From Polyangiaceae bacterium (GTDB lineage Bacteria > Myxococcota_A > Polyangia > Polyangiales > Polyangiaceae): a DNA stretch of 64,000 bases. The position numbers were made by a program, and so were the translations under genes. Each line of letters begins with the position of its first letter. The stretch's first letter is position 1. Location: the NCBI GenBank assembly GCA_050287085.1, contig JBNKBE010000006.1, forward strand, positions 74,381 to 138,380, given 5' to 3'. A model generated the notes under the pieces. The model had not been told where the DNA came from and ran no database searches. It worked only from the letters and a program-made list of their open reading frames with translations. This document shows, in pieces, positions 38,518 to 47,349 of this stretch.

Positions 38518-39258
38518 CTAGTGACAACGCGGAGCGTCGCGCGCGTCGGTTGCGCCCTGCATCTGATGCGCGGCAAACCCATCTCTCGACAAGAGATTGT
38601 AGCCGCCCACAACAAGCAATACGAGGGCCGCGACCGCTGGATAGAGCCCGCGTGCACGGGCCCCAAGCCGCGAGACTAGGACCGACGCGCCGCTCAGTAC
38701 GGGCACGGCCCCCAGCCAGAATGCGCCCAACAATAAGGCCCCCGACAACGCCGAGCCGGTCCCCACCGCCATCGCGACGAAGCCATACAACCAGCCACAA
38801 GGCAGAAGCCCCGTGGCCAGCCCCAACAGACCCGCGCGCAGGGACGACGGCAAACGCGCCGCCAGCGCAACGACGCGGGAGAACCCCCCAACGCGCGTCC
38901 CGCCAGCGAGCCGCGATGACGCGACGTCCGGGCGGCGCTGGCGCCACCAAGCAGTGACAGAAGGTGCAATGACCGTCACAGCCCACAACGCCATCACGAC
39001 AAACGACACCCACGCGCCGAGTCGTTGCCAACCGGTTCCGCTACTCCACACGTTAAGCCAGGCACCCACCTGTCCCGCCAGAGCCCCCAACACCAGATAG
39101 GCGACCAGACGTCCGAGCTGGTAGAGCCCATGACGAGCGAACACACTTGCGCCGCTGCTAGCTCCACGTTGGGTGGCGACAGCCGCCACCGCCCCGCACA
39201 TGGCCCCGCAATGCAGACTGCCGAAGAGGCTTGCGACCAAGACCGGAACGAGCGACAC
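38518..39258 (-). CDS. DsbD_2/TauE-like membrane protein typical of cco operons
   Basis: SLHCGAMCG, YQLGRLVAY, GLLPCGWLY. Confidence 0.88.
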   Translation of the reverse strand: MSLVPVLVASLFGSLHCGAMCGAVAAVATQRGASSGASVFARHGLYQLGRLVAYLVLGALAGQVGAWLNVWSSGTGWQRLGAWVSFVVMALWAVTVIAPSVTAWWRQRRPDVASSRLAGGTRVGGFSRVVALAARLPSSLRAGLLGLATGLLPCGWLYGFVAMAVGTGSALSGALLLGAFWLGAVPVLSGASVLVSRLGARARGLYPAVAALVLLVVGGYNLLSRDGFAAHQMQGATDARDAPRCH

Positions 39259-39264
39259 GATGCC

Positions 39265-39774
39265 CTACCTGCGCTCCGGGGGCGCAAGATCGGTGCTGAC
39301 CTGCGAGAAGAACGTGTCCTCTCCGCGGCGCACCTCCAGGTTGAACTGCCACAGTCCGGAGCGAGTGGGTCGAAACTGGAGCGCATACCGCCCCGGAGCA
39401 ACAGAATGCAACTCCGCTCGCGCGCGATCTCCAGCCCGAGCATTGGCGAAATACTCGGCGCTGATCGCATCAGCGTCGAGGGGTGCGCCCGTAGCATCTG
39501 AGAGGGTCAGCTCCAAGCGGGCCAGCTCACGCTGCCGTGTCAAGGCTACGACCTTCGCCGACCACCCCAGCGCCTGACTCTTGCTCCGGCGAGCCGCTTC
39601 ATCATCCCAATGCGTGGCGCGCTCGTAGTAGTCGGGCTCTACCGCAAAGGCCGGATCGCTCATGGCGACCATCGCCATCACGCCCTGAATGGCCATCAAA
39701 GACACCAGGAGCACCACCGGCAACCAGGCCCAGGCTCGCCCCGACGGTCGTTTCGTTTCAGAGGATTCCATCAT
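39265..39774 (-). CDS. FixH/CcoH-like protein
   Basis: W.WLPV + TM, DP..VEPDYY..W, LGW, GRY..GLW; position in the cco operon; GGAGA SD. Confidence 0.8.
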   Translation of the reverse strand: MMESSETKRPSGRAWAWLPVVLLVSLMAIQGVMAMVAMSDPAFAVEPDYYERATHWDDEAARRSKSQALGWSAKVVALTRQRELARLELTLSDATGAPLDADAISAEYFANARAGDRARAELHSVAPGRYALQFRPTRSGLWQFNLEVRRGEDTFFSQVSTDLAPPERR

Positions 39775-39811
39775 TTGTCTCCGCGAGATGTGCGAAATAG
39801 GCTGGCCATGC

Positions 39812-41206
39812 TCAATACGGCCCGAGCAGCTTGTAGTGCACGCGCTGGACATCGCCGTCGTCGTCGGTGACCACGACGTCGACCGGTCGAACACCGGACT
39901 TGAATAGGCCGCGCTCAGAAGTCACGAAGGCAGTGGTGGTCACCTGCTGCCCGGCGGGAACCTCCAGCGGATTCTGGGGCACCACCAATTCGCTGTCGCC
40001 AGCGTTCTTCAGGGCGATATGAAACGCCTTGTCGTTCGTACTCCGGTTGTGAACCTTGATACGGATCTGATTCTGCACCTTGCCTGAAACCTGCAGAAAG
40101 GGTGCGCCCAGGCCGCGCAGCACAACCACCTGAGCGTGTTGCGTCACGCTGCCGAACACAACCAGCCCCGTCACCAAGACCAATAGCACGACGGGGTAGA
40201 TGAAGATGCGGGGGCGCCCGCCCTTCTTCGCAATGCCCGTCAAGCGCTCCTCCGTCGAGTAGCGGATCAAGCCCCGGGGCTTGTGCAGCTTGTCCATCAC
40301 TTGATCGCAGGCGTCAATGCACTGCGTGCAGGCAACGCACTCGAGCTGCAGCCCATTGCGAATGTCGATACCCGTAGGGCACGCTATGACACACGCCTTA
40401 CAGTCGATGCAATCGCCACCGCTGCTGCGCCCCCTGCCGCGCGGCTCGCCGCGTTTCTGGTCGTAGCCGACCAGAAGACTCTTCGGATCGAGCAACACCG
40501 ACTGGAGGCGAGCATAGGGACAGATGATCGTACACATCTGTTCCCGAAAATACGCAAAATCGAAGAAGATTAGGGCCGATGTGATGGCCACGACCAGGAA
40601 GGGAACCGGCTGATCCAGCGGGGACGCGACGAGCCATTGCCGCAAACGATGAACCCCCACGAAATAGGAAAGGAACACATTGGCCAGCAACACCGCCAAG
40701 ACGGCATAGATCGCGAGCTTGAGCATCCGACGCCCGTTCGCCCCCTCCTCGTCGAGCTTCAGCTGCTGTCCTCGTGAACCTTCTAGCCACTGCTCCAGCG
40801 GTCGGAATAGGAACTCCAGGTACAGCGTCTGCGGACAAGCCCAGCCGCACCAAACGCGACCGAGCAAGGCGGTTAGCCAGAAGATGAACACGAAAAGCGA
40901 AAGCAACGCCAACATGAGCAACAACCCGTCGGTTGGCAGCAGCGTGGCACCTAGTAGATGAAACCGTCGCGCCGGGACGTCCAACAAGACCGCTGGGCTC
41001 CCCCCCACCTTGACGAAAGGAAGCACGACGAAAAGAGCGATCAGCCCCCACGCCACCACCAATCGACGACGATAGTACCGCCCCTTGAACAGCTTGGGCC
41101 GAACCCATCGCCGCGTCCCATCATTGTTGAGCGTTGGAAGAACCCGCCCTGAGGGCCTGGGAGGACTGTTTGCCATGTTTCGCTTCGCCTGATCCGAATG
41201 TTGCAA
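39812..41206 (-). CDS. ccoG: Cytochrome c oxidase accessory protein CcoG/FixG
   Basis: GRVWCGWACPQT, EQMC..CPY, CIDCKACVIACPTGIDIR..ECVACTQCIDAC. Confidence 0.95.
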   Translation of the reverse strand: MQHSDQAKRNMANSPPRPSGRVLPTLNNDGTRRWVRPKLFKGRYYRRRLVVAWGLIALFVVLPFVKVGGSPAVLLDVPARRFHLLGATLLPTDGLLLMLALLSLFVFIFWLTALLGRVWCGWACPQTLYLEFLFRPLEQWLEGSRGQQLKLDEEGANGRRMLKLAIYAVLAVLLANVFLSYFVGVHRLRQWLVASPLDQPVPFLVVAITSALIFFDFAYFREQMCTIICPYARLQSVLLDPKSLLVGYDQKRGEPRGRGRSSGGDCIDCKACVIACPTGIDIRNGLQLECVACTQCIDACDQVMDKLHKPRGLIRYSTEERLTGIAKKGGRPRIFIYPVVLLVLVTGLVVFGSVTQHAQVVVLRGLGAPFLQVSGKVQNQIRIKVHNRSTNDKAFHIALKNAGDSELVVPQNPLEVPAGQQVTTTAFVTSERGLFKSGVRPVDVVVTDDDGDVQRVHYKLLGPY

Positions 41207-41251
41207 AGTGTTGCGTGGGCGGCAGTTTTGGCGCCGCCCCGCGTCGCTGTG

Positions 41252-41830
41252 CTACTTCAGATCAACTTTCGTGCCTTCGGCTCCCTTCGGTCCGGGCACG
41301 TTGGTTCCGCGCAGTGACCCGACAAAAGCGGCCACTTTCCGCAGCTCTACTGGTCGCAACTGACGCCCCCACGGCGGCATGCCCTTGGCCGGAACGCCCT
41401 CGTTGACAGTATTGTAAATGGCCATGAGCGAGCCATCGCCATGAAGCCAATACTCGTCCGTCAAGTTGGGCCCAATCTTCCCTTCTCCCTTGTCACCGTG
41501 GCATTGCGCACACTTCGCAAGAAAGAGCTTCGCCGTATCGTTCATGAGCGCGGTGTTGTTCATGAACTCGGAAAGCGCCTCTTCGCTGACCGCATTGCGC
41601 ATCAGCTCTTGGGCTTCGCGTTCACGCGCCGCACTCACTTCATCCTCGTAGAGCAAGGCTACGGACTTGCCGTTTTCGCTGATGTGGTAATGAAAGGAGT
41701 ACCCGATCGAGAAATAGAACGTCGTCCAGAAGATGGCTTTCCACCATCCCGGCATGGGATTGTCGTATTCACGGATCCCGTCGTATTCGTGGGCTAGCAG
41801 GAGGCTCTTTTCACTTTGATTGTCACTCAT
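41252..41830 (-). CDS. ccoP: cbb3 oxidase subunit III, short mono-heme form
   Basis: HEYDGIREYDNPMPGWW, single CAQCH, GPNLTD, GMPPW. Confidence 0.92.
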   Translation of the reverse strand: MSDNQSEKSLLLAHEYDGIREYDNPMPGWWKAIFWTTFYFSIGYSFHYHISENGKSVALLYEDEVSAAREREAQELMRNAVSEEALSEFMNNTALMNDTAKLFLAKCAQCHGDKGEGKIGPNLTDEYWLHGDGSLMAIYNTVNEGVPAKGMPPWGRQLRPVELRKVAAFVGSLRGTNVPGPKGAEGTKVDLK

Positions 41831-42027
41831 TTCTCTAGCTCCGTAGCTGCAGCAGTCGTCCCATGATCATCGGCGAGTGGAAGCGAGCCCGCATGCTCAA
41901 GCTCCGCTTTTGACGTGAAGAGCAGCAATCGGATGCACACCGCTACGAACGTCGCCCCGAAGATGACCAACCCCACCTCGGCGTATTGCGCGAGGTGCAT
42001 CGACGCCATGATGTCACTGAGTCTCAT
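41827..42027 (-). CDS. ccoQ: cbb3 oxidase subunit CcoQ-like
   Basis: Single TM followed by LPLADD; overlaps both neighbours by 4 nt. Confidence 0.8.
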   Translation of the reverse strand: MRLSDIMASMHLAQYAEVGLVIFGATFVAVCIRLLLFTSKAELEHAGSLPLADDHGTTAAATELEK

Positions 42028-44255
42028 GGGGTCGCCCCCGCGTTGAGCGCGACGTCGCTGCCGCCAGCGGGGGGCGCGTTCTTGATATCGGTGCCGAGGC
42101 GTTGCAGGTAGGCAACGAGCGCGACTATTTCCTTCGACTCGAGTCCATCGGGCCCTCCCTGCTCGCGAATTGCGACGGCGATCGTCCGCGCCTGCGAGCG
42201 GGCCATTTCCTCGGCACGTCCAATGGCATCACCATAAGGAACCCCGAGCATGGCCATCACGTCCACCCGAGCCTGGGTGACGCTGAAGTCCAGGTCGTCA
42301 CTGAGCAGCCACGGGTAGCGCGGCATGATCGACTGCGGCGTCGTAGACGTCGGATCGTCCATATGCCGAACGTGCCAAAGGTGCGGGTACTTGCCTCCAA
42401 TGCGATGCAAGTCAGGACCGATGCGCCGCGACCCCCACTGGAACGGGTGATCGTAGACGAACTCACCAGGCTTGCTGTACTCGCCGTAGCGTTCCGTCTC
42501 AGCATGAATCGGCCTCACCATCTGCGAATGGCAGTTGTAGCATCCCTCGGAGATGTAGATGTCACGCCCCAACAACTCGAGCGGGGTGTATGGCTTGACG
42601 GAAGCGATGGTTGGAACGTTCGAGCGAATCAAGAATGTCGGAATGATCTCGAACAAGGAAGCTACCGTCACCGAGAGCGCCACCATGACGGTGAACTTGA
42701 AGGGACGACGCTCCCACACGCGATGCCAAGCGGCATCCGCGAAATAGCGAACGCGGTGTCCGAACTCACTCATCGTGGTGTCCGTCGGGATCATCAGGCG
42801 CGGCCCGGCGCCAGCGTAGGGTTCTCGAGCGGGAGCCTCTTGCTCCGGCTCCTCATACTTCGCGGGACGGGACTTCCACGTCATGAGGACGTTGACGAGG
42901 CACATGAACACGCCGAGTACGAACAGCGAGCCGCCGAACGCGCGCACCCAATACATCGGGATGAGCCGAATGACGGTCTCGATGAAGTCCGGGTAGGCCA
43001 GTCTTCCTGTCTCATCGAACGCTCGCCACATGAGCCCCTGAGTGATGCCGGCCACGTAGATCGGAACGATATAGAAAAGAATGCCCAGCGTTCCGAACCA
43101 GAAGTGAGCATTGGCGAGTCGCTCAGACCAGAGCTTTGTCTGGAAGATGCGAGGCGCGAGCCAATACAGCATGCCGAATGACATGAAGCCGTTCCAGCCC
43201 AATGCCCCCGCGTGCACGTGCGCAATCGTCCAATCCGTGTAGTGCGACAGTGCATTCACGCTCTTGATCGAGAGCATCGGCCCTTCGAACGTGGACATGC
43301 CGTAGAACGTCACCCCCACCACGAAGAACTTCAGTACCGGATCCCGCGCCACCCGGTCCCACGCGCCCCGCAAGGTAAACAGCCCGTTGATCATCCCTCC
43401 CCACGAAGGCATCCACAGCATGACACTGAACACCATGCCGGCCGTAGAAGCCCATTCTGGCAAGGCCGTGTAGTGCAGATGGTGTGGCCCCGCCCAGATG
43501 TAGATGAACACCAGCGACCAGAAATGCAGAATAGACAGCTTGTAGCTGAAGACGGGACGGTTCGCTGCCTTGGGCAAGTAGTAATACATCAAGCCCAAGA
43601 AGGGCGTGGTCAGGAAGAACGCGACGGCGTTGTGCCCGTACCACCACTGCATGAAGGCATCTTGAACACCCGCGTAGATGGAGTAGCTCTTGAATAGCCC
43701 CGCTGGAATGACAAGGTTGTTGAAGATGTGGAGGATCGCGACCGTGACAATGGTCGCGATATAGAACCAAATCGCGACGTAGATGTGTTGCTCCCGGCGC
43801 TTGGCAATGGTGCCGAAGAGATTCACCGCGAATGCCACCCATACAACCGCAATGGCGAGATCGATAGGCCACTCGAGTTCGGCGTACTCGCGGGATTGTG
43901 TGATCCCGGAAGGCAACGTCAGGGCGGCTGCGACGATGATGGCCTGCCAACCCCAGAAGTGAAACGCGCTCAGGCCATCGCTGAACATGCGCGCTTTGAG
44001 CAAGCGCTGGCTCGAATGGTAGATAGCGGCGAATATCGCATTGCCTGCGAACGCAAAAATCGCCGCATTGGTGTGGAGGGGCCGCAGCCGACCGAAGGTC
44101 AGGTACGGGCTATCGAAGCTGAGCCACGGCAGGACGAGCTGCAGTGCCAACAGCAAGCCGACCAGCGTGGCGACCGCCGCCCAAACGATCGTCGCGAAGG
44201 CAAACTTCCGTACGACCGTGTCGTCATAGGTGAATTTTTCTATGTGTGCCGACAT
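42024..44255 (-). CDS. ccoN: Fused cbb3 oxidase subunits I and II (CcoN-CcoO)
   Basis: FGRLRPLHTNA, QWWYGHNAV, GPHHLHY, HVHAGALGW, then EGCYNCHSQMVRP and WGSRRIGPDL in one frame. Confidence 0.96.
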   Translation of the reverse strand: MSAHIEKFTYDDTVVRKFAFATIVWAAVATLVGLLLALQLVLPWLSFDSPYLTFGRLRPLHTNAAIFAFAGNAIFAAIYHSSQRLLKARMFSDGLSAFHFWGWQAIIVAAALTLPSGITQSREYAELEWPIDLAIAVVWVAFAVNLFGTIAKRREQHIYVAIWFYIATIVTVAILHIFNNLVIPAGLFKSYSIYAGVQDAFMQWWYGHNAVAFFLTTPFLGLMYYYLPKAANRPVFSYKLSILHFWSLVFIYIWAGPHHLHYTALPEWASTAGMVFSVMLWMPSWGGMINGLFTLRGAWDRVARDPVLKFFVVGVTFYGMSTFEGPMLSIKSVNALSHYTDWTIAHVHAGALGWNGFMSFGMLYWLAPRIFQTKLWSERLANAHFWFGTLGILFYIVPIYVAGITQGLMWRAFDETGRLAYPDFIETVIRLIPMYWVRAFGGSLFVLGVFMCLVNVLMTWKSRPAKYEEPEQEAPAREPYAGAGPRLMIPTDTTMSEFGHRVRYFADAAWHRVWERRPFKFTVMVALSVTVASLFEIIPTFLIRSNVPTIASVKPYTPLELLGRDIYISEGCYNCHSQMVRPIHAETERYGEYSKPGEFVYDHPFQWGSRRIGPDLHRIGGKYPHLWHVRHMDDPTSTTPQSIMPRYPWLLSDDLDFSVTQARVDVMAMLGVPYGDAIGRAEEMARSQARTIAVAIREQGGPDGLESKEIVALVAYLQRLGTDIKNAPPAGGSDVALNAGATP

Positions 44256-44268
44256 CGCCCTCGCGATT

Positions 44269-44285
44269 AGCAATTCATGGGCCAA
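44269..44285 (-). promoter_or_regulatory. Putative sigma54 promoter for the cco operon
   Basis: Minus strand TTGGCCCATGAATTGCT; the predicted start site (~44258) is only ~3 nt from the ATG. Confidence 0.6.
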
Positions 44286-44381
44286 ATTCCTATGCCGCTC
44301 TGAAACACCTCGTTCTTCGCCGGAAATCTTCAGCGGAACACATCGCATCACGCTGGAACGACTGGGACGCCCCCATGCACC

Positions 44382-44426
44382 GCGCAAGGAATGCAGAGAC
44401 AATACAAGTCCGCGCAAGCCGTGCAC
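44382..44426. promoter_or_regulatory. Pair of candidate activator boxes GCGCA-N5-TGC, 30 bp apart
   Basis: GCGCAAGGAATGCAG at 44382; GCGCAAGCCGTGCAC at 44412. Confidence 0.55.
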
Positions 44427-44460
44427 CTGCCCTGCCCAGTCGCTGCCCGCTGGAGTCCGG

Positions 44461-44880
44461 TTAGCTCCCTAAGACACGACGAAGCGAATCCGCGAGCTCC
44501 GCACCAGTCTGTGCGTCCAGGTGACCCGCAGGCCACTTCAGTCCGAGGCCGGCCGATTCTGACGGTTTCGGAATTACGTGAAAATGAACGTGAAACACCG
44601 CCTGATGGGCTGCGGCCTCGTTGTTCTGAAGCACGTTGTAGGCCGCACACCCCGTCACCGTTTTGACGGCCCGAGCCACTTGCACAAGGGCCAGCCCGAG
44701 AGCCGCCGCGGTTTCGGCTGGAACCTCATCCAGAGTGCGAGCCGGGACCTTTGGAATGACAAGCGTGTGTCCAGGACTCAGTGGGGCTATGTCGAGGAAG
44801 GCGAGAACGAGTTCATTCTCGAGTACCTTATGACATGGAATCTTGCCGGAAATGATGTGGGTAAAGATGGTCTCGCTCAT
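44461..44880 (-). CDS. HIT-family nucleotide hydrolase
   Basis: TIF..II.G.IP, AFLDIAPLSPGHTLVIPK, HQAVFHVHFHVIP. Confidence 0.93.
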   Translation of the reverse strand: MSETIFTHIISGKIPCHKVLENELVLAFLDIAPLSPGHTLVIPKVPARTLDEVPAETAAALGLALVQVARAVKTVTGCAAYNVLQNNEAAAHQAVFHVHFHVIPKPSESAGLGLKWPAGHLDAQTGAELADSLRRVLGS

Positions 44881-45099
44881 AACGAAGTGCAGCATAGGCG
44901 AGTGGCAACGAGCCTGTCACGGGCGCTCCGCCCGCTTGCGATGCACCGTACGCGGCGGTACGCAGAACGCCTCCTGTGCCCGCCCAGAGCGGCTCCGCTC
45001 GGGCCACGGTAGAACGGCGCTGCGAGGCGCTCCGCCGGCCTCCCTTCGGAACCCCTGCGGGAGCCGTGTTAGGCCCCCGCGCAACGAGGGCATCAACCG

Positions 45100-45381
45100 A
45101 TGACGTTGAGCCACTGGCACGACGACGGTGGACTCATCCCGTGTGCCCTTTGCGGCGCGGACGCCGCGGGTCCCTGCGCTCGATGTCGTCGCCCTCTGTG
45201 CGGAGACTGCTGCGTCTTGACGACCGATAGCGGCGGGCAGTGGGCCATCTGCATCGCGTGCGCTGAACGCGGAGGGAAGAGTCTGCGCCCCGCGTGGACT
45301 CGCGTCGCGCTCTGGCTCACGGCGCCCCTACTGGGCCTCACAGCCCTTCTCGTCGTACTCAACTGGGCGTTCGGCTGGTAG
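45100..45381 (+). CDS. Small Cys-rich (zinc-finger-like) protein with C-terminal TM anchor
   Basis: CALC, CARC, CGDC, CIAC then a hydrophobic tail. Confidence 0.7.
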   Translation: MTLSHWHDDGGLIPCALCGADAAGPCARCRRPLCGDCCVLTTDSGGQWAICIACAERGGKSLRPAWTRVALWLTAPLLGLTALLVVLNWAFGW

Positions 45382-45471
45382 CAGCCAAACCCAGTGGCAT
45401 TGAGCTCCTGCCGACAGCCCGCTGACGAGCGCGTCCCCCAGACCGTCAACCCACCGACGGCCGCACGCCAT

Positions 45472-47289
45472 TCAGCCAAAGTCTTCAGGGCTCATTAGCA
45501 GAGGCTCGAGGGCTGGACACTCTTCCAGGCGAGCTGCCTCGAACGCGGTTCGCGGCAAAACGGCCTTGGCAAAGTAGGTCGCGCTAGCGACCTTCCCGCG
45601 ATAGAAGGAGCCGTCAGCATGTCCTTCTTCCAGCGCCGAAAGCTTCTCGTGACTGATTGCCGCCGCGTCTAGCAGCAGCCACCCAACGCATAGCTCGCTC
45701 ATCAGTTTGAGGTAGGGCGAAGCCGATAGGGCGATCTGTCGGACTTTGCCTGCTCTCCCAAGCGCGCCAAGATGAACGGTCAACTGGGCGAGCGTCGTCC
45801 GCGTTCTGCCAAGCTGAGCGGTTGCGGTCCCCAATACGGGGTGGGCCGAGTGCTGCGTCTCAAAGCGCTGTATGTCCTTGAACAACTGATGAGCAAAAGC
45901 CCCATCATGTAGGCCGAGTTTGCGGAATACGAGATCGAGCGCCTGGATGTGATTGGTGCCCTCGTAGATAGAAAAGACCTTGGAATCCCTGCAGATTTGC
46001 TCGATGGGACAGTCCTTCGTGTAGCCTGCACCACCGTAGATCTGCAGAGCGGAGGTCGCAATCTCGAACACCTGATCCGAAGCGTATGCCTTGATGAGCG
46101 GGGTTAGGATTTCGATCTGCCCCTGATGGTAGAGACGCCGCTCACGATCGGACTCGAGTGCCGCTTGGTCCGCATGGTTGCCGGCTTTCACAATCAAGGC
46201 GCGAATGCCCTCCACCTTCGCTTTCATCTCCGCGAGCACACGGCGGATATCGGGATGGGCGAGGAGCTCGACTTTGGGTGCATCAGCGCCGCGGCCCGCC
46301 TCGATATCCGCCCCCTGCTTTCGTTCGCATGCGTACCCCAGTGCGTTGAGATAGGCGTTGGAGGCATTGCCGAGACTCTGAACTCCAACGGCTATGCGCG
46401 CGAAGTTCATCATCTTAAACATCTGACGAATGCCTTGACCGAGTTCACCGCCACAGGGCTCACCGTAGCATTCGCCCCGATCGCCGAAGTTCAACACACA
46501 GGTAGAGGAACCGTTGAGACCCATCTTGTGCTCGATGGACCCTACGTGTACGTCGTTGTCGCTGCCGTCTAGCCGCACCTTCGGAACGATGAACAGAGTG
46601 AGCCCCGCCGTTCCGGCTGGCGCCCCCTTCACCCGCGCCAGGACCAGGTGAATGATGTTCTCAGTGATATCCTGATCGCCGCCACTGATGAAGATCTTGC
46701 TGCCGGTGATACGGTAGGCACCGGACGCCGTCAGTTCGGCTTGGGCACTGCTGGCGCCCACATCCGAGCCCGCCTGCGGCTCGGTGAGACACATGGTGCC
46801 GGCCCACTTGCCACTGTACATCGCTTCGCAGAAGGTCTGCTTCTGCTCAGTGGTCCCAAATTCCGCAATCAACTCTGCCGCGCCCGCGGTAAGTCCTGCG
46901 TACATATCAAGCGCGGTATTGGCACCCGAGGTGAGCTCCGTCACCAATAGAGCCAGCGCTTTGGGAGCGTTGGCTCCTCCATATTCAGGCTCCGCGACAA
47001 GGGCCTTGAAGCCGTTCTCGCAAAGCTGCTCATACGCTGCCTTGAATCCGTCAGGGACCACAACTCCGGACTCAGTGAGCTTACAGCCCTGACGATCCCC
47101 GGAGCCGCTGAGCGGTCCGGCCACCTCTCGAGCAAAGCGTTCTGCGGTCTGAAGGACCTGTAGCACCTCCTCCTCGCCCCAGTCCGCGAAGCGACCACGC
47201 CCCAGAAGCTCGCGGGTATTGAACTGTTCGAGCAAGGCGAAACGAATGTCCCGCAGATTGTGGCGGTAGTAGTTGATGCCGTCTGTCAT
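45472..47289 (-). CDS. Acyl-CoA dehydrogenase (long form with C-terminal domain)
   Basis: GTMCLTEPQAGSDVG, GSKIFISGG, IEHKMG, QIYGGAGY, IYEGTNHIQALDL. Confidence 0.93.
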   Translation of the reverse strand: MTDGINYYRHNLRDIRFALLEQFNTRELLGRGRFADWGEEEVLQVLQTAERFAREVAGPLSGSGDRQGCKLTESGVVVPDGFKAAYEQLCENGFKALVAEPEYGGANAPKALALLVTELTSGANTALDMYAGLTAGAAELIAEFGTTEQKQTFCEAMYSGKWAGTMCLTEPQAGSDVGASSAQAELTASGAYRITGSKIFISGGDQDITENIIHLVLARVKGAPAGTAGLTLFIVPKVRLDGSDNDVHVGSIEHKMGLNGSSTCVLNFGDRGECYGEPCGGELGQGIRQMFKMMNFARIAVGVQSLGNASNAYLNALGYACERKQGADIEAGRGADAPKVELLAHPDIRRVLAEMKAKVEGIRALIVKAGNHADQAALESDRERRLYHQGQIEILTPLIKAYASDQVFEIATSALQIYGGAGYTKDCPIEQICRDSKVFSIYEGTNHIQALDLVFRKLGLHDGAFAHQLFKDIQRFETQHSAHPVLGTATAQLGRTRTTLAQLTVHLGALGRAGKVRQIALSASPYLKLMSELCVGWLLLDAAAISHEKLSALEEGHADGSFYRGKVASATYFAKAVLPRTAFEAARLEECPALEPLLMSPEDFG

Positions 47290-47349
47290 GAATCTGAGCC
47301 CCCTACCTGGAGTCCTTGCGCCCCCGGGCCGGATTCGAGCCCCGGCCAC

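Noticed and set aside
41252..44255. CcoN-CcoO fusion and mono-heme CcoP as novelties
   Set aside because: Already known in several non-proteobacterial lineages; kept as features only
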